64,000 nucleotides of DNA from Minutocellus sp. GHC0000111 (taxonomy: Eukaryota), in contig OZ361258.1 in NCBI GenBank assembly GCA_977018835.1, positions 4,836,001 through 4,900,000 on the forward strand. The letters are read 5' to 3'. Of the stretch, positions 24,841 through 36,465 are shown one piece after another. The first letter of the stretch is position 1. Each line of letters opens with the position of its first letter. The notes under the pieces were generated by a model that was not told the origin of the DNA, made no database searches, and saw only the letters and a list, made by a program, of their open reading frames with translations. The position numbers and the translations under genes were made by a program.

Positions 24841-26350
24841 TTATATCATATTGGCTTCTGTACGAACTGACGTCTTCTTCATTCGTCGCAATGCCGTACT
24901 GCTCATGCCATGTGGTTCCGTTCGTCTGGTACAAAGCAGCATCAACGGGTCCATGTTCAAATTCTTAACTCGATGCTCATTCAGCTTCTTGCCGGTGATC
25001 AAAGTCTCGTGACTGAGCACCAGGGCATCAAAGTCGTTCAATGTCTCATCGGGAGATCCCGGGGGACCGTACGCGTCCTCAATGGGCACGACGCGCATCT
25101 GGAGCCAACGCCTCCACAAACTCTTGGACGCCGCGTATCCGCTCGTCGAGGGGTGGGATGAGCTCTCGAAAGGATTTGCTCTTGAGCATCTCGTCCTGGG
25201 TGACGCCGATGAGGAGCTTGCCGGTGCGGGGTTGGACGGACGATACTGCAAGAGACAAAAGCTTGCGGTGGCCGTAGTGCATGCCGTCGAAGGTACCGCC
25301 GACGGCGACGCTGTTGTAAAGCGAATCGGCCGATATTCTCGCCCCGCCCAGCTGGGAGGTGGCCATGGTATCCTCGTCCTCGTCGTCAACAGCAACATCC
25401 TCATTCTTCTGAACAACCTTTTCTCCGGATGCCTTGGCCCATCTCTGCCGATTGACGGCCATGGAATCCTCCAAAAACACCACACTTTGATCATCCTGCA
25501 CGTCGGCCCCGACCGGCCACGGGTCGACCTCCAGCGCCTCCACGGGTTCCAACCCACGGTAAATGCGATCGGCATTGACCGCCTCGACGTGATCCACGAG
25601 TCCCCCAACTCCCTGCCCATCTACGTCGAGGCGTGCGGCACCGGTTCCGGACCCACCGGTAGCCGACCACCCCAGCAGCGTGTCGTGGGAGCAGATGCAA
25701 TCGAGGTCGGGACGGAGGGCGATCCACCCCTCCGGTGCCGCGTTGGGCAAATTCTGCGGGTAGACGATGACGTCCAGCAGGATGCCCCCGCGCCTGCTGG
25801 CCAGGATGCCCCCACCTCCTGCTGTGCCCACACCGCCTTCGTTGCTCCCATTGTCGTCACTGCCAATGTCCAGAACATCGTCGTCGTCGGCGTGCTCGTC
25901 CCGATCGAAGCCGAGGGTGCAGTCCCAGGCGGCGCTGTAGATCTCGCCGACGTACGAGCGCAGCTGGCTGAGGGTGGGCTGCCGCTGGTAGTCGGTGCCG
26001 CGCAGCACCACCGAGACACGGTGGGACGTCCGGGCCATGGCGGTTTCCAGGACGGCGTCGTTGGCGATCCGATCGGTCGAGGTGAGGGGCAGGGTGAGGA
26101 TGGCCAGGGTGTGCCGGTAGGTATGGGGCTTGGTGGAGGAGGATTGGGGGGAGGCACGAAGGGCGGAAGATGAGGAGGAGAAGGACCGGCCGTTTGGCGT
26201 AGGAGCGACGTTGTCGAGGGGAAAGATACCATTATTGAAGGCGGACGTTGGACCGATCCGACCAGCAGACGATGCGGGCGAATGGGTGAATGCCGCTGCT
26301 CCAAGAAACGCCAGGGGCAGCAGCAGGAGGGTCGTTGCAAATGGCATCAT
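24841..26350 (-). pseudogene. PPAT: Phosphopantetheine adenylyltransferase (CoaD-like) with predicted plastid presequence; frameshift near 25100
   Basis: AVGGTFDGMHYGHRKLL (HxGH motif). The C-terminal PIEDAYGPPG...DALVLSHET...MSSTALR is in another frame after LAP. The N-terminus is a signal peptide ending AAA-F. Confidence 0.85.
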
Positions 26351-26588
26351 CGTGGCACCAATTGAGAATGAGACGGTTTGCCGTCAGGGTTGTGTCAGCA
26401 ACTGCGAGATGTGCTGGAAATTGCTACCTAAGGCAATAACGTGATCAAATCTAGGCAACGCAAAAGAGGACAGCCAAGGGCAGTGCAGTATGCCAAGCTG
26501 TTCGGCTACGTAGGCTTCCAGGGATGGATGCGATGCGGCGGTTGGTTGAAGGCACGATGATACGATACCTCCGATTTTGTGTCGAGTG

Positions 26589-26731
26589 CAGGGTTGTCTA
26601 CCCGACCACTTTTTGTCATGGGTGGGTGGGTGTCGGGTGTTACCCGAGGAGAATTCTGGATGGGTGTCCCGGCAAAAACCGGCACCCGACACCCATTCGG
26701 GTGTGGGTATCTCCTCGGGTGGACAACCCTG
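26589..26731. mobile_element. 143-bp hAT-type MITE
   Basis: 17-bp TIRs CAGGGTTGTCTACCCGA / TCGGGTGGACAACCCTG with one mismatch. Perfect 8-bp TSD GTCGAGTG at 26581-26588 and 26732-26739. Internal ACCCGA/TCGGGT repeats. Confidence 0.93.
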
Positions 26732-26883
26732 GTCGAGTGATCATGACGGCCATTGTCGTCCGTCCGCCATCACGAGTAGGCTCTTTCAAAATTTGGAACT
26801 GATTCTCGGAATTTGTTCCTCGAATTTTGTTTTGGCGTCATTGATCTTTGTTCGGCCGAATACGATCGTAGCAACCGGAAACA

Positions 26884-27981
26884 ATGGGGAAGAAGTCCAA
26901 GAAGAATGCCGGCGGCGGTTCCAAGGGAAAGGGATCGGTTTCTACGGAGACTAACGGTGGGGCAACTACCTACTGCGATGGGACCGGCGGTTGCGGTATC
27001 CTGACGAGCGGCGGCGGCACAAGCAGCAAGAAGAACCGTTGCGTGCTGTGCTGTGCCCTTCTCAAGGATTTGGCCAAGGCCCACGCCTGCCCCGGCTGTT
27101 CGCTGCTCTATTGCTGGCGCTGCGAGCGAAAGAGCTTTGCTTCCTGTCCAAATGGAGACCGATGCGTTCGGCCCGTGGTGCGATGCGAAAGTTGCAGGTC
27201 AGGCGACACAATGGAGCGGGAACTCGTCGCGGCCGGTGCGCTCGGTCCCAACGAGAAAATGACGATTGCGGATCATGGGACCCCTGCTACTCGGAAGGCA
27301 TATCAAGAGATCGTAGACTCCCGCGCCGATGTCACGGACGACTCGTGGCCGCTCGTCGTGTGTGGTGCACGCCTTTGCACCTCGTACACCGACAAGACCT
27401 TTGAGGAGGTGCTCGCGCTGATGGAATGTATCCACTGCGCTTCGGCTGCTGCCAACAACCTCCTGTCGTGTCATCGATGCAAGAAGATTCGCTGCCGTCC
27501 TTGTACCAATCGTTCCAGAAGGACAGCCGCGATGGATGCCTTTGATCTGGTGACGGCAAATTCTGACGAAGCCAAGGACCTTGCTCCGGAAACAATCGTT
27601 GCATTGCAGGACTGTCTGAGCACTGGCTCTCCCGACTCCATGGCAAAATGCCACTCATGCTCTCGCGTTATCTGCTACGAATGCCGCGACTTCGTAGAGA
27701 CCAAACTGACAGCTGAGATGCTTTTGAGGACAGCCAATGGAATTTTCGAGCCCGAAAAGTTGTTCCATTGCAGCTCCTGCTACTGGTCGGTCAAGCCCTG
27801 TACTAACCCGAACTGCCCCAACGAGGTCGGTATCCCAACCAAGCGATGCGGCGGATGTCATCTCGACCGTTACTGCAGCGTCGAATGCCAAGCGATTATG
27901 CATTCAGATCATATGGGGAGGTGCCAGAGGATCCAGGAGAAGCGGGCTACTGCTGAGAAGGACCTGCGTGAGAAGGAGTAA
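26884..27981 (+). CDS. Cys-rich multi-zinc-finger protein with C-terminal zf-MYND (MGKKSKKN family)
   Basis: Intact 365-aa ORF ending PCTNPNCPNEVGIPTKRCGGCHLDRYCSVECQAIMHSDHMGRC. Confidence 0.87.
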   Translation: MGKKSKKNAGGGSKGKGSVSTETNGGATTYCDGTGGCGILTSGGGTSSKKNRCVLCCALLKDLAKAHACPGCSLLYCWRCERKSFASCPNGDRCVRPVVRCESCRSGDTMERELVAAGALGPNEKMTIADHGTPATRKAYQEIVDSRADVTDDSWPLVVCGARLCTSYTDKTFEEVLALMECIHCASAAANNLLSCHRCKKIRCRPCTNRSRRTAAMDAFDLVTANSDEAKDLAPETIVALQDCLSTGSPDSMAKCHSCSRVICYECRDFVETKLTAEMLLRTANGIFEPEKLFHCSSCYWSVKPCTNPNCPNEVGIPTKRCGGCHLDRYCSVECQAIMHSDHMGRCQRIQEKRATAEKDLREKE

Positions 27982-28203
27982 GTTGTACTGATAGGGGCTA
28001 TTCATATTTTTACGTTCAACTCCAGCAGCGTTACTATGTATTCAGTACGTACTGAGGCGGTACATAGCGCTGAAATTACGGCCACTTACTAATAGTATTT
28101 ATTGCCACTACTCATAGATATAATCATACTAGCTCTCCACCCATATCATGAAATAAATTTATTTCCGATCTAAAGACTCGACAAAATCAAATGACAAATC
28201 GAT

Positions 28204-29258
28204 TTATTCACTCTCACTCTTTCCAGCCTCGGCTCGCTTCGCCTGGATCTGTCGTCACCGAATCATATGGTCGGGGTATGCTGCAGCCTGGCACTCGGCA
28301 CTGCAATAACGATCAAGATGGCAGCCCCCACAGCGCTTCGTCGGCACGCCGGTTTCATTAGGACAGGTCGGGTTGGTGCAAGGCTTGGTGGACCAGTAGC
28401 ACGCAGAGCAAAGGTAATATACAGGGCAGTCCTTGCCTCTTATTTCAGAGGCAATGGAGGTGAGGAGTGCAGCTGTAACGTTACGCGCAAATCTATCATC
28501 TAGGGACTGGAAGCAATAGGGAACATGACAGTGCCGGCAAATTGCGAATGAGTCTTCGTCCAGTCGCAAATATGGCATAACAGCCAATAGGTCGTCTTTG
28601 CAGAAGTCCAGCGACCTCCCTATCAAAACGTTGTGAGCGGCAAGAAGTGCCGCCTCCCTGCTAGCATCTGAAGATTTTCTGCACGGCGCGCATCTGGTCT
28701 TCCGGCATGCAACGCAACTCTCCAGACGGGTACTAACATGGGTGGCGATGCAGCAACGATAACATTCCTGCACCCTGCAGTCAGCAGAGCCAACGCAACG
28801 AACGCGTGGCATGAAGTCCATGCTGAGCTTGTCGTCTGCCTGGACTCGTCTTTCGAGCATTGCAAAAATCTCCTTGGTGATAATTGTCGCCTGACCCTTG
28901 GCTTTCGCTGGAAGCCCGTCAATTCCGTCCATTTCGTTCAGGAGGGCAAAAGCGTTGCTTGCATCGGCGCACTTGGAGCACCGACGAATCGGTTTGACGC
29001 ATTCATCGCCATTTGGGCACTCTTCGAAGTACTTCTTCTCACATCTCCAGCAAAATATTAGCGAACAGCCAGGACACGATGTTCCCTTGCCCTGCTTGAT
29101 GTTGCAGAGGCAGTGAATGCATTTCAGCTTCTTGCTGCCCGTGCCGACACTGCCGCCGGAACCCTCGCCTGCTGCACCCACAAATCACCAGTGCGAGATG
29201 ACACAATGTCATCCTTTGCCTCGGCGCCACAATTGTTCTTCTTGGACTTCTTCCCCAT
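28204..29258 (-). pseudogene. MGKKSKKN/MYND paralogue, disabled
   Basis: MGKKSKKN starts at 29258, followed by a frameshift near 29185. The last MYND Cys is replaced by TGA (28255-28257), and the frame continues RQIQAKR... to TAA at 28204. Confidence 0.85.
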
Positions 29259-29349
29259 AGCTCCTCTACTGCCTTTGCCACGGTGGCCGCAGTTTTTGAA
29301 TGAGGATGTGCTCAAGTCAAATAAAAATAAACCCACGGTATACGTCGTA

Positions 29350-29606
29350 AAGACGTTTGCTGTTCGGAAGGAATCAAAAAACGAAAGCAAGAACGCGCGA
29401 AAGCCGAAAAGCGTGTTGAGCTCTCGGCTTCAAGCGGCTGATCGATTATTTTCCCTGAGTGACACCTTACTGATCAATTATTTCACTGGCTGATCCAATA
29501 TTTTCCAGCTGCCTTTGAAGCAAGCCAATCTCGACACGATTTTCGACTTTGGCTCTTTTCGTTTTGCTTCCTTTTTTGATTCTTCCTTCCGAACAGCAAA
29601 CGTCTT
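29350..29606. mobile_element. ~257-bp MITE with long imperfect TIRs, flanked by TA
   Basis: TA|AAGACGTTTGCTGTTCGGAAGGAA... and ...TTCCTTCCGAACAGCAAACGTCTT|TA. Inverted similarity extends roughly 80-90 bp inward. Confidence 0.85.
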
Positions 29607-30918
29607 TAGACACCCCAAATGCAAGGTAAGTCATAAACTATTGGCTCGAGGTAACCGAGCCCTCACTAGAAATTTAGCTTGTGTAAACAAGATTAATTTG
29701 TGGGGGGTGGAGTGGAGGGGGGATCTGGTGGCCCTTGCCTCGAAAAGTCATAGGGTCATTAGGGTTGTTACTTAAAGAAATGCATGCATCCAAAAATTTT
29801 GCACAATTGTTTCAGTAGCATGTGTTAGCCATGTAGACTCTGGTGCTGTGAAGTTTTGGCTACCCCCTTTTTTGTTTGATTCGGGACAATCTTCGCACGC
29901 ATGTTTTTTATCTTCAATTTTTGCCTCGCAAAATGTTCAGCCATGAAGATTTTTATGAAGAGGGCGACCACCGATGACTTTGCACATGGCTGTCAAGGCG
30001 GTCGCCGACGGCAATGAAACTTGCACAGCAGGTAGACTAGATGATTGCGCATTCGTGGGTGCAAGTGCGGTCGAATTTTTGGTTGCATGTTTGTTGAGGA
30101 ACAGTTCGTCGAAGATGTGCTTTTTTGTGGGGTGTCTTCGTGCATCTCGTCGATCGAGACCGAAAATTCATTACAACCCTAACCCTTACAGTTAAAACAC
30201 TCGAAAATGCGCATGCGTTGGAATGACTGACTGCCAAAAGTGCAAGTGTTGTCCGATCGCACATGTTTCCTCACAGAAAACAAGGCCTTTATCAACTTTT
30301 GGTTCGAAACCGGGCGCACGCAACATGATTATTTTTTTGCCAATGACCAAGGAAAAAAGGTGGTGAGAGAGCTGGCGAGGTTGCTTTGATTTATGTTGGT
30401 CTCCGAGTCTCTTGCGAAAATTGTTGATTCCGGCTTGCTTTCGAAAGTCTGCCGCTCTTTTGTGTCAGATAAAGGGAGGGAAGGGGGTGCGGGGGAGGGG
30501 GGAGCGGAGCGACGGGCTCCCTCGCTGGAGCTGGAGCTGTGGTTCTCTAATGGTCTGTCTACACGTAGACATTCACAAAGCTATGTAGCACACTGAAGTT
30601 TGGATAACTTAAGTTTATGATAGGTCTATCATGGTGAATTTTGGATAACTTAGGGTATTTCACATTTCATGTTGGTTGCATGTTTCATTTCTGCTTTTTT
30701 TTGGTCGTGCGCACCGTCTTCTTTTGATTTGGCCTCATCCATGTTGACGTCTATTTCGTTCTTTGCAGCAGATCTTTTTCGGTCATCTTTTTCTTCTAAT
30801 GACTCTGAGATTGTTGGGATTCCTTCAACAAACTCAACTCCAACCTTAATTGCAGTAGAATTAACAACGGGAACATAGTCGTGATGGTCTTCAAGCACCG
30901 TTGCATGAAGTGGGGATA

Positions 30919-31901
30919 GTGTTGAGATATGGCCGTCCTTCCGTCGACAGGCCTCAATTCGACCGTTGCAATTTGGACAAGATACGCTCATAATCTTGTC
31001 CAGTTCACCAGTTACCATGGCGTTTGGCGTAACGCTATAGTAGTAACAGTAGAACCTATTGCTTATCATCAATAGAACAGGACAAGATTCATCGCCTGGG
31101 CCAGGCTCACAGTCCAGCTGCAGCGATCGGCGTGGGTGGTGCCCGCCGATCGTCGCAGTTTCATCATCAACCGCCGTCTCCGCTTCGGGAGCACTTGACC
31201 GTGAGGACCTTGCGGTCCGATCTCGCATGAAAGCAGACATGCTTCATGCCACGTCCTAATACAGTAGCGGTCACTTCCGAGGGTGCCCGACTTCCGAGGG
31301 TGCTAACCAGCAAGAGTAGCCATCATCGCATCATTACGTGGCAACCAGCCAAAAGAGCCAAAATGGTTGACCACGAATGGCACACATGCGCACAACAAGT
31401 CAGTTGAAAGTCCTCCATAACAAGTGAGAGTTGAACCATTCCTGGCATCAAAAGGGTATCCCCCCTCCATATCTACTCGAGACATTTCCAACAATCCTTG
31501 CTGCGGCAGGCAACACGGTTCGGTTGCCCCTTGCCAATGCACTTAATCACATGCAACGAACATCAGGAAAAGTGACCACACATTTTCAGCATCGCATATA
31601 TCCAAAAGACTGCAGATAAGGCGATAAAGTCAAGACAGAACTAATGGAATACAACATATACGGGAGGCATGCACTGATTGAGACCTTAATTTAGCCAGAA
31701 CGAGACGATCACAGAGCCAGAAGACGTATCGTCCTGCGAGGGTGTGTTGAGATATGGCCGTCCTTCCGTCGACAGGCCTCAATTCGACCGTTGCAATTTG
31801 GACAAGATACGCTCATAATCTTGTCCAGTTCACCAGTTACCATGGCGTTTGGCGTAACGCTATAGTAGTAACAGTAGAACCTATTGCTTATCATCAATAG
31901 A
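30919..31901. repeat. Identical 158-bp direct repeats (30919-31076 and 31744-31901)
   Basis: Read directly; offset 825 bp. Confidence 0.92.
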
Positions 31902-32546
31902 TAGTGATGTTTTCCATCCATTATGAGCCCATTTCCTCCTCCGAGAATGATTGTTCTAGCTCCATTTGACCTTCCAGATTCAATGAAGAAATTTATAGAA
32001 CCTGGTAGGCGGACGAAACTTGTTGGGTTGCCGAATGTCAAGCCAGATTCTGCGGAGAACATGTTTTCTCCTCTGCGGATGGGCATGAGAATTGGATAGC
32101 CGTGGCCTTGGTCGAAGTCGCATTCGATCGACAGGCAAAATAGATGGACGACAATGTCAATCATCGGTTCATCATCGCTGTCATCACAGTCATTCTTGTC
32201 CGTGTTGGTCGCATCCATAACATTATCGCTGCAGTCCAAATCAGGTTCGGAGTGAAGTTCTTTCTCTATTCCCAACATCCACCATAGTTCTCCTATCTTG
32301 AAAGGCTCGCTAAGCTGTCGCCTCATCTGCACACTGTCGTATTTCTCGAATCGTTGCAGCTCTCCAATATTTATGTCGAATAGAGCTGACACCATGTTGT
32401 TGTTGCAGTGAATATCTATTGCGCCATGTGGCATTTCTTCGGTGTGAGTCATGTTTTTGAATCTCGTGATATCAAAGTCAGTGTTATGCGGGGTCATTTC
32501 AATGTCGACATGGGGGAGGTTGGTATGCTTCTTCGGAATTGGCGGA

Positions 32547-32756
32547 CCGCCTCTGCTTGTGCGTGCGACCTGACGTTTTGGAGTGGTACCAGTATGGCCT
32601 GGACTGCTATTGCGTGCGGTCTTGCGTCCGGGCGCCGGCATGCCTTCGCCGCCTCTGCTTGTGCGTGCGACCTGACGTTTTGGAGTGGTACCAGTATGGC
32701 CTGGACTGCTATTGCGTGCGGTCGTGCGTCCGGGCGCCGGCATGCCTTCGCCGCCT
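32547..32756. repeat. 102-bp (34-codon) coding tandem repeat, 2 copies
   Basis: GGEGMPAPGRxTARNSSPGHTGTTPKRQVARTSR occurs twice in ORF 31709-32995. Confidence 0.9.
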
Positions 32757-33981
32757 CCGCTGCTTCGGCGTGCGGTTGAGGCGGCTGTTGAGGTCGACTT
32801 ATCAGCGTCGTTGGTCTCGACTTCTTCGGTAGTATCTGTATTCTTTCCAGCGGCGGTTGAGGATTCGTCTTTGTTGCTTGTATTGTGTTGGCTCGGAGAT
32901 TGATTGTTGTGGGTCTGAAATTCTTGAAGCCCCCGGCTTTGCTTGGCTTTGTGAAAATGCGTTATGCGTTGAGCGAGTTCTTCATCATACCACAATATTA
33001 ATTTGCGCTTGTTTGAATAATGAGTCTTTTTTCTCGTGGTTTTCCTGGCAGGTTTTAGAATTATTGTTATCGTTCATCCTGAAGAAGGACAGACATATTC
33101 AATGGCGGCACTTCCATAAAACCGAAAACTTTCTTAGTGTTTGTTTGAAAATCTAATCTTTTTACCTAGAAATCCGTGCGATGCCGTGTGATGCCTGTTA
33201 GGGCTGACGAAATACGTAACAGCAACAGCACCCGAACTTGCTGTGCCCAAATAAATGTTGCAGCACCTGCCTGTTCGATGAGACTTCGCCAATCGTTCGT
33301 CGGGATGAAATGCGCTCGCATGCCAACACACGACACTGTTCGATACGCAAAGATGCAAATTGGCGATTCAAACGCAGCGATGCAATGCAGTGCGCAAGCA
33401 TTCACTTTGCCGCACCTTGACAGCACATGCAAAGGTGCCTTGAACAAAGAAAGATCAGATCTCCCTCTTCGTCACTGGAATTTGCAAAGGAACTAATTAA
33501 AAAGCAATAATTTTCAATAATTGTCTCAATACTTAGTGAAAAACATTGTGATTTTGCTGGCAGCTTTTAAAATTCATGCTAATTTACCGACCCTTGTGCG
33601 AACGACGGACAGTTTTTCTAACCTGACGAAGAAAAGACGCATCATAAATGACAAAGGTTTCATCAAAAGAATCATATTTATTACAAATTGTCTCACAAAT
33701 TACCATTTTTGGCTGTCGTTTTACTGGCAGGTTTTACAATTATGTTAACAATTAACCCGACAGTAAAAAAAGAGGGGGAGAGAAAAATACATGACGCCGT
33801 CCCTTCCGTTCCCTTGTCTTCCCCTTTCTCCTCGAGCCCCCCCCCCCTGGGATCAGTAGGTCTAAGCCTGAACCAAGCAAAACGCCTTCATTTTTCACAC
33901 AACGCCAAAGATGAGGACGAGGGACAACGGCACCAGAAAGAACTGCTACCACTGCCACGCATTAACACAGAACATAAAATC

Positions 33982-35496
33982 ATGGGCCACTGCGACCGCC
34001 TATCTCGAACGGGAGTCCAGAACTCGATATTTGTGGTAGGTTTGGTCTGCTGCGCGATATCACAGTTTCACCTGCCCTCACTCCTTGACGGCGGCACAAC
34101 TGACGGCAGGCCATCGGAAACGCTGCTGCAGGCACAGCACCATGACATCAATTCTGCTGCAAGGGAACGACGGCTACAAGAGGAAGCAATAGCAATACCA
34201 GCGCCAAAACCGACACCTCCGCCATCCCCCGTGATATCTGTCCCGCTGCATTCCGAGCACGGCACCCACCATGCCTACCTGTACGTCGGCTCACCACCGC
34301 AGCGACGCACGCTCATTGTCGACACTGGTTCTCGCCTAGTCGCCTTCCCCTGCACATCCTGCACCAACTGCGGCAAACACGCCAGCACGTCCTACTACGA
34401 CCCGTCAATCAGCACCACCGACATTGTCAACACGTGCTCCGAATGTCAATTCGATGGCATGTCCACATGCAACAACAACACCTGCCAATTTGTGCAGAGA
34501 TATACCGAGGGATCGCGCATCCAGGCGTACGAAATCACCGACATAATGTGGCTGGGCACAAGTGATGTGTTGGAGAGCATGGCCGATCCGAAATATATCA
34601 ACACCGCGGTGCCGTTTGTGTTTGGCTGTCAAACGTCCGAGGAGGGGCTGTTTCGGAGCCAATATGCCGACGGTATATTTGGAACGGCCATGCACCAGAC
34701 CACCTTGATTGCTGCCATGTACGAGGCGGGGGCGATACCTCGTCATGCCTTTAGCTTGTGTCTGAACTACGAAGGTGGAACCTTTTCGTTGGGCGGAACG
34801 GATTTGACCTTGAGGAATAAAACGGCGGCAGCATTGCCAGAAGAGACGGGGAATAGAACATCATTATCATCATCATTGGCAGGCCCTTACCATTTGGAAC
34901 TGATGCAATATGCGCCGCTGGCCAAGAGTCATGGCTGGTATGCCGTCGGTGTGGCGTCAGTGCATGTTGACGATATCCTTATTTCCACCACCGAAGCATT
35001 TTTGGCGGCCTTCAACGACGTCAAGGGAACAATCATCGATTCTGGCACGACGGATAGTTATCTACCCAAGTTTATTTCCCAGCACTTTATGAAGGCATGG
35101 GAGAACATTACAGGGCTGGTATATAGCAACAAACTGGAGAGGTATACCTATTCGAAATTCCTCACACTCCCCAACATCACAATCACCGTCGATGGGGTCG
35201 ACGGCACTCACATTCGCTGGTCAGCTACACCATCCAACTACATGGAGGAGATGGTACTAAAACGGAGGAAGCCCGGGGAAAAGACTCTGCAGCAAATTCG
35301 ACGTGTAGATATAACCAAGCCATGGAATGGTGCCAAGTCCTTCACCAATCGAATCTATCTGGATGAACCCAAGGGTTGCGTCCTTGGCGGCAACTTTATG
35401 GCCGATCATGATATAATGTTTGACATTACAAACAAGAGGATTGGCATCGCACGTGCAGAATGCACCTACCGAGATAGCAAGTACGTTGTAGTGTAA
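33982..35496 (+). CDS. A1-family aspartic protease (plasmepsin V/nepenthesin-like)
   Basis: Catalytic LIVDTGS and TIIDSGTT, flap YTEGS, FGC...ADGIFG, LGGNF. Hydrophobic N-terminus after the ATG at 33982. Confidence 0.88.
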   Translation: MGHCDRLSRTGVQNSIFVVGLVCCAISQFHLPSLLDGGTTDGRPSETLLQAQHHDINSAARERRLQEEAIAIPAPKPTPPPSPVISVPLHSEHGTHHAYLYVGSPPQRRTLIVDTGSRLVAFPCTSCTNCGKHASTSYYDPSISTTDIVNTCSECQFDGMSTCNNNTCQFVQRYTEGSRIQAYEITDIMWLGTSDVLESMADPKYINTAVPFVFGCQTSEEGLFRSQYADGIFGTAMHQTTLIAAMYEAGAIPRHAFSLCLNYEGGTFSLGGTDLTLRNKTAAALPEETGNRTSLSSSLAGPYHLELMQYAPLAKSHGWYAVGVASVHVDDILISTTEAFLAAFNDVKGTIIDSGTTDSYLPKFISQHFMKAWENITGLVYSNKLERYTYSKFLTLPNITITVDGVDGTHIRWSATPSNYMEEMVLKRRKPGEKTLQQIRRVDITKPWNGAKSFTNRIYLDEPKGCVLGGNFMADHDIMFDITNKRIGIARAECTYRDSKYVVV

Positions 35497-35544
35497 TAGA
35501 ACAGTGTAGTAATAGCTAGTTAGATTCCCAATATACATATATAT

Positions 35545-36434
35545 TTACTGCTGAAAGAAAATAACCAAAGGTGAAAGAATACTCGCCAATAAAAGCTGAT
35601 ATTTGATCCTTGCCCTTTGTGACCCCGATGAAGGAAACTCTGCTTCCTCGAAGATATTATCGGTCATGAAAACTGGAGACTCAGTCGGCAGTTCCGTCCT
35701 TATCCGAATTGTTGGGCGTAACGAAGGCTTCGCAGTAGGCGGAGTCAGCTCAATGCGAGCACTGACTTGGACCTCATCTTCATCCATCCCGGCAAGAAGT
35801 ACCTGTGACTGAAGGGCGCCACTTCGCTCAAGCTTTTCGGGAACCAGGAATATTTGGTCCATGATGGTTGTTGGTCTTTGAGTCGCGTGGAGGGTAGGTG
35901 GGACAAGTGGCGATGACGAGGGCCAATCGGAATCGATCACATTCAGTGACGGTTTGGAGGATGGCGAAAGAGTCGTAGGCCTCGCGGTAATGATGCTTGG
36001 CTCTGTCGTTGGAGTCAGAGAAGGACGTTCACTGCTCTCCCTTGGTGATGGTCGATCGGAGGGACTTGCCGACGGAGCGCAACCAAAATTGTCGACTGGA
36101 TAGCCACTGCTGCTGCACACGATCTCCCTTATCCAATCATATGCCTCCGATATTCTGGCATATACGCCGGGGAAGTTCGGATTGCCACATTCGACACCAA
36201 ATGACACGATCCCGACTTGGATATCCGCGCTTCCGTCCTCGGCTGGACCGCGCACCAACAACGGCCCGCCAGAATCACCCGCGCAGGCATCAGGGCCGAT
36301 TGACATTGCACACATCATGCATGGGTTGACAATGTCCTTGTAAGAGTAAAAGGTTGAGCCGACAATTCCCTCAACTCGTCGGCATATCTCATTGGTGAGA
36401 TATGGCACCGTAGCGTCCAAGAGGACTGGCGAAA

Positions 36435-36465
<31 letters not shown>

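Larger units (their letters stand above)
30650..32995 (-). pseudogene. Unknown protein ORF split by a 667-bp insertion flanked by 158-bp direct repeats
   Basis: ORFs 31709-32995 and 30650-31240 share LLMISNRFYCYYYS...RRKDGHIST. Removing the insert and one repeat restores one frame. No family was recognised. Confidence 0.6.

Noticed and set aside
29664..33540. CACTAGAAA as a CACTA left end
   Set aside because: Candidate right ends (TTAGTG near 33135 and 33535) do not match beyond 5 bp and have no TSD.
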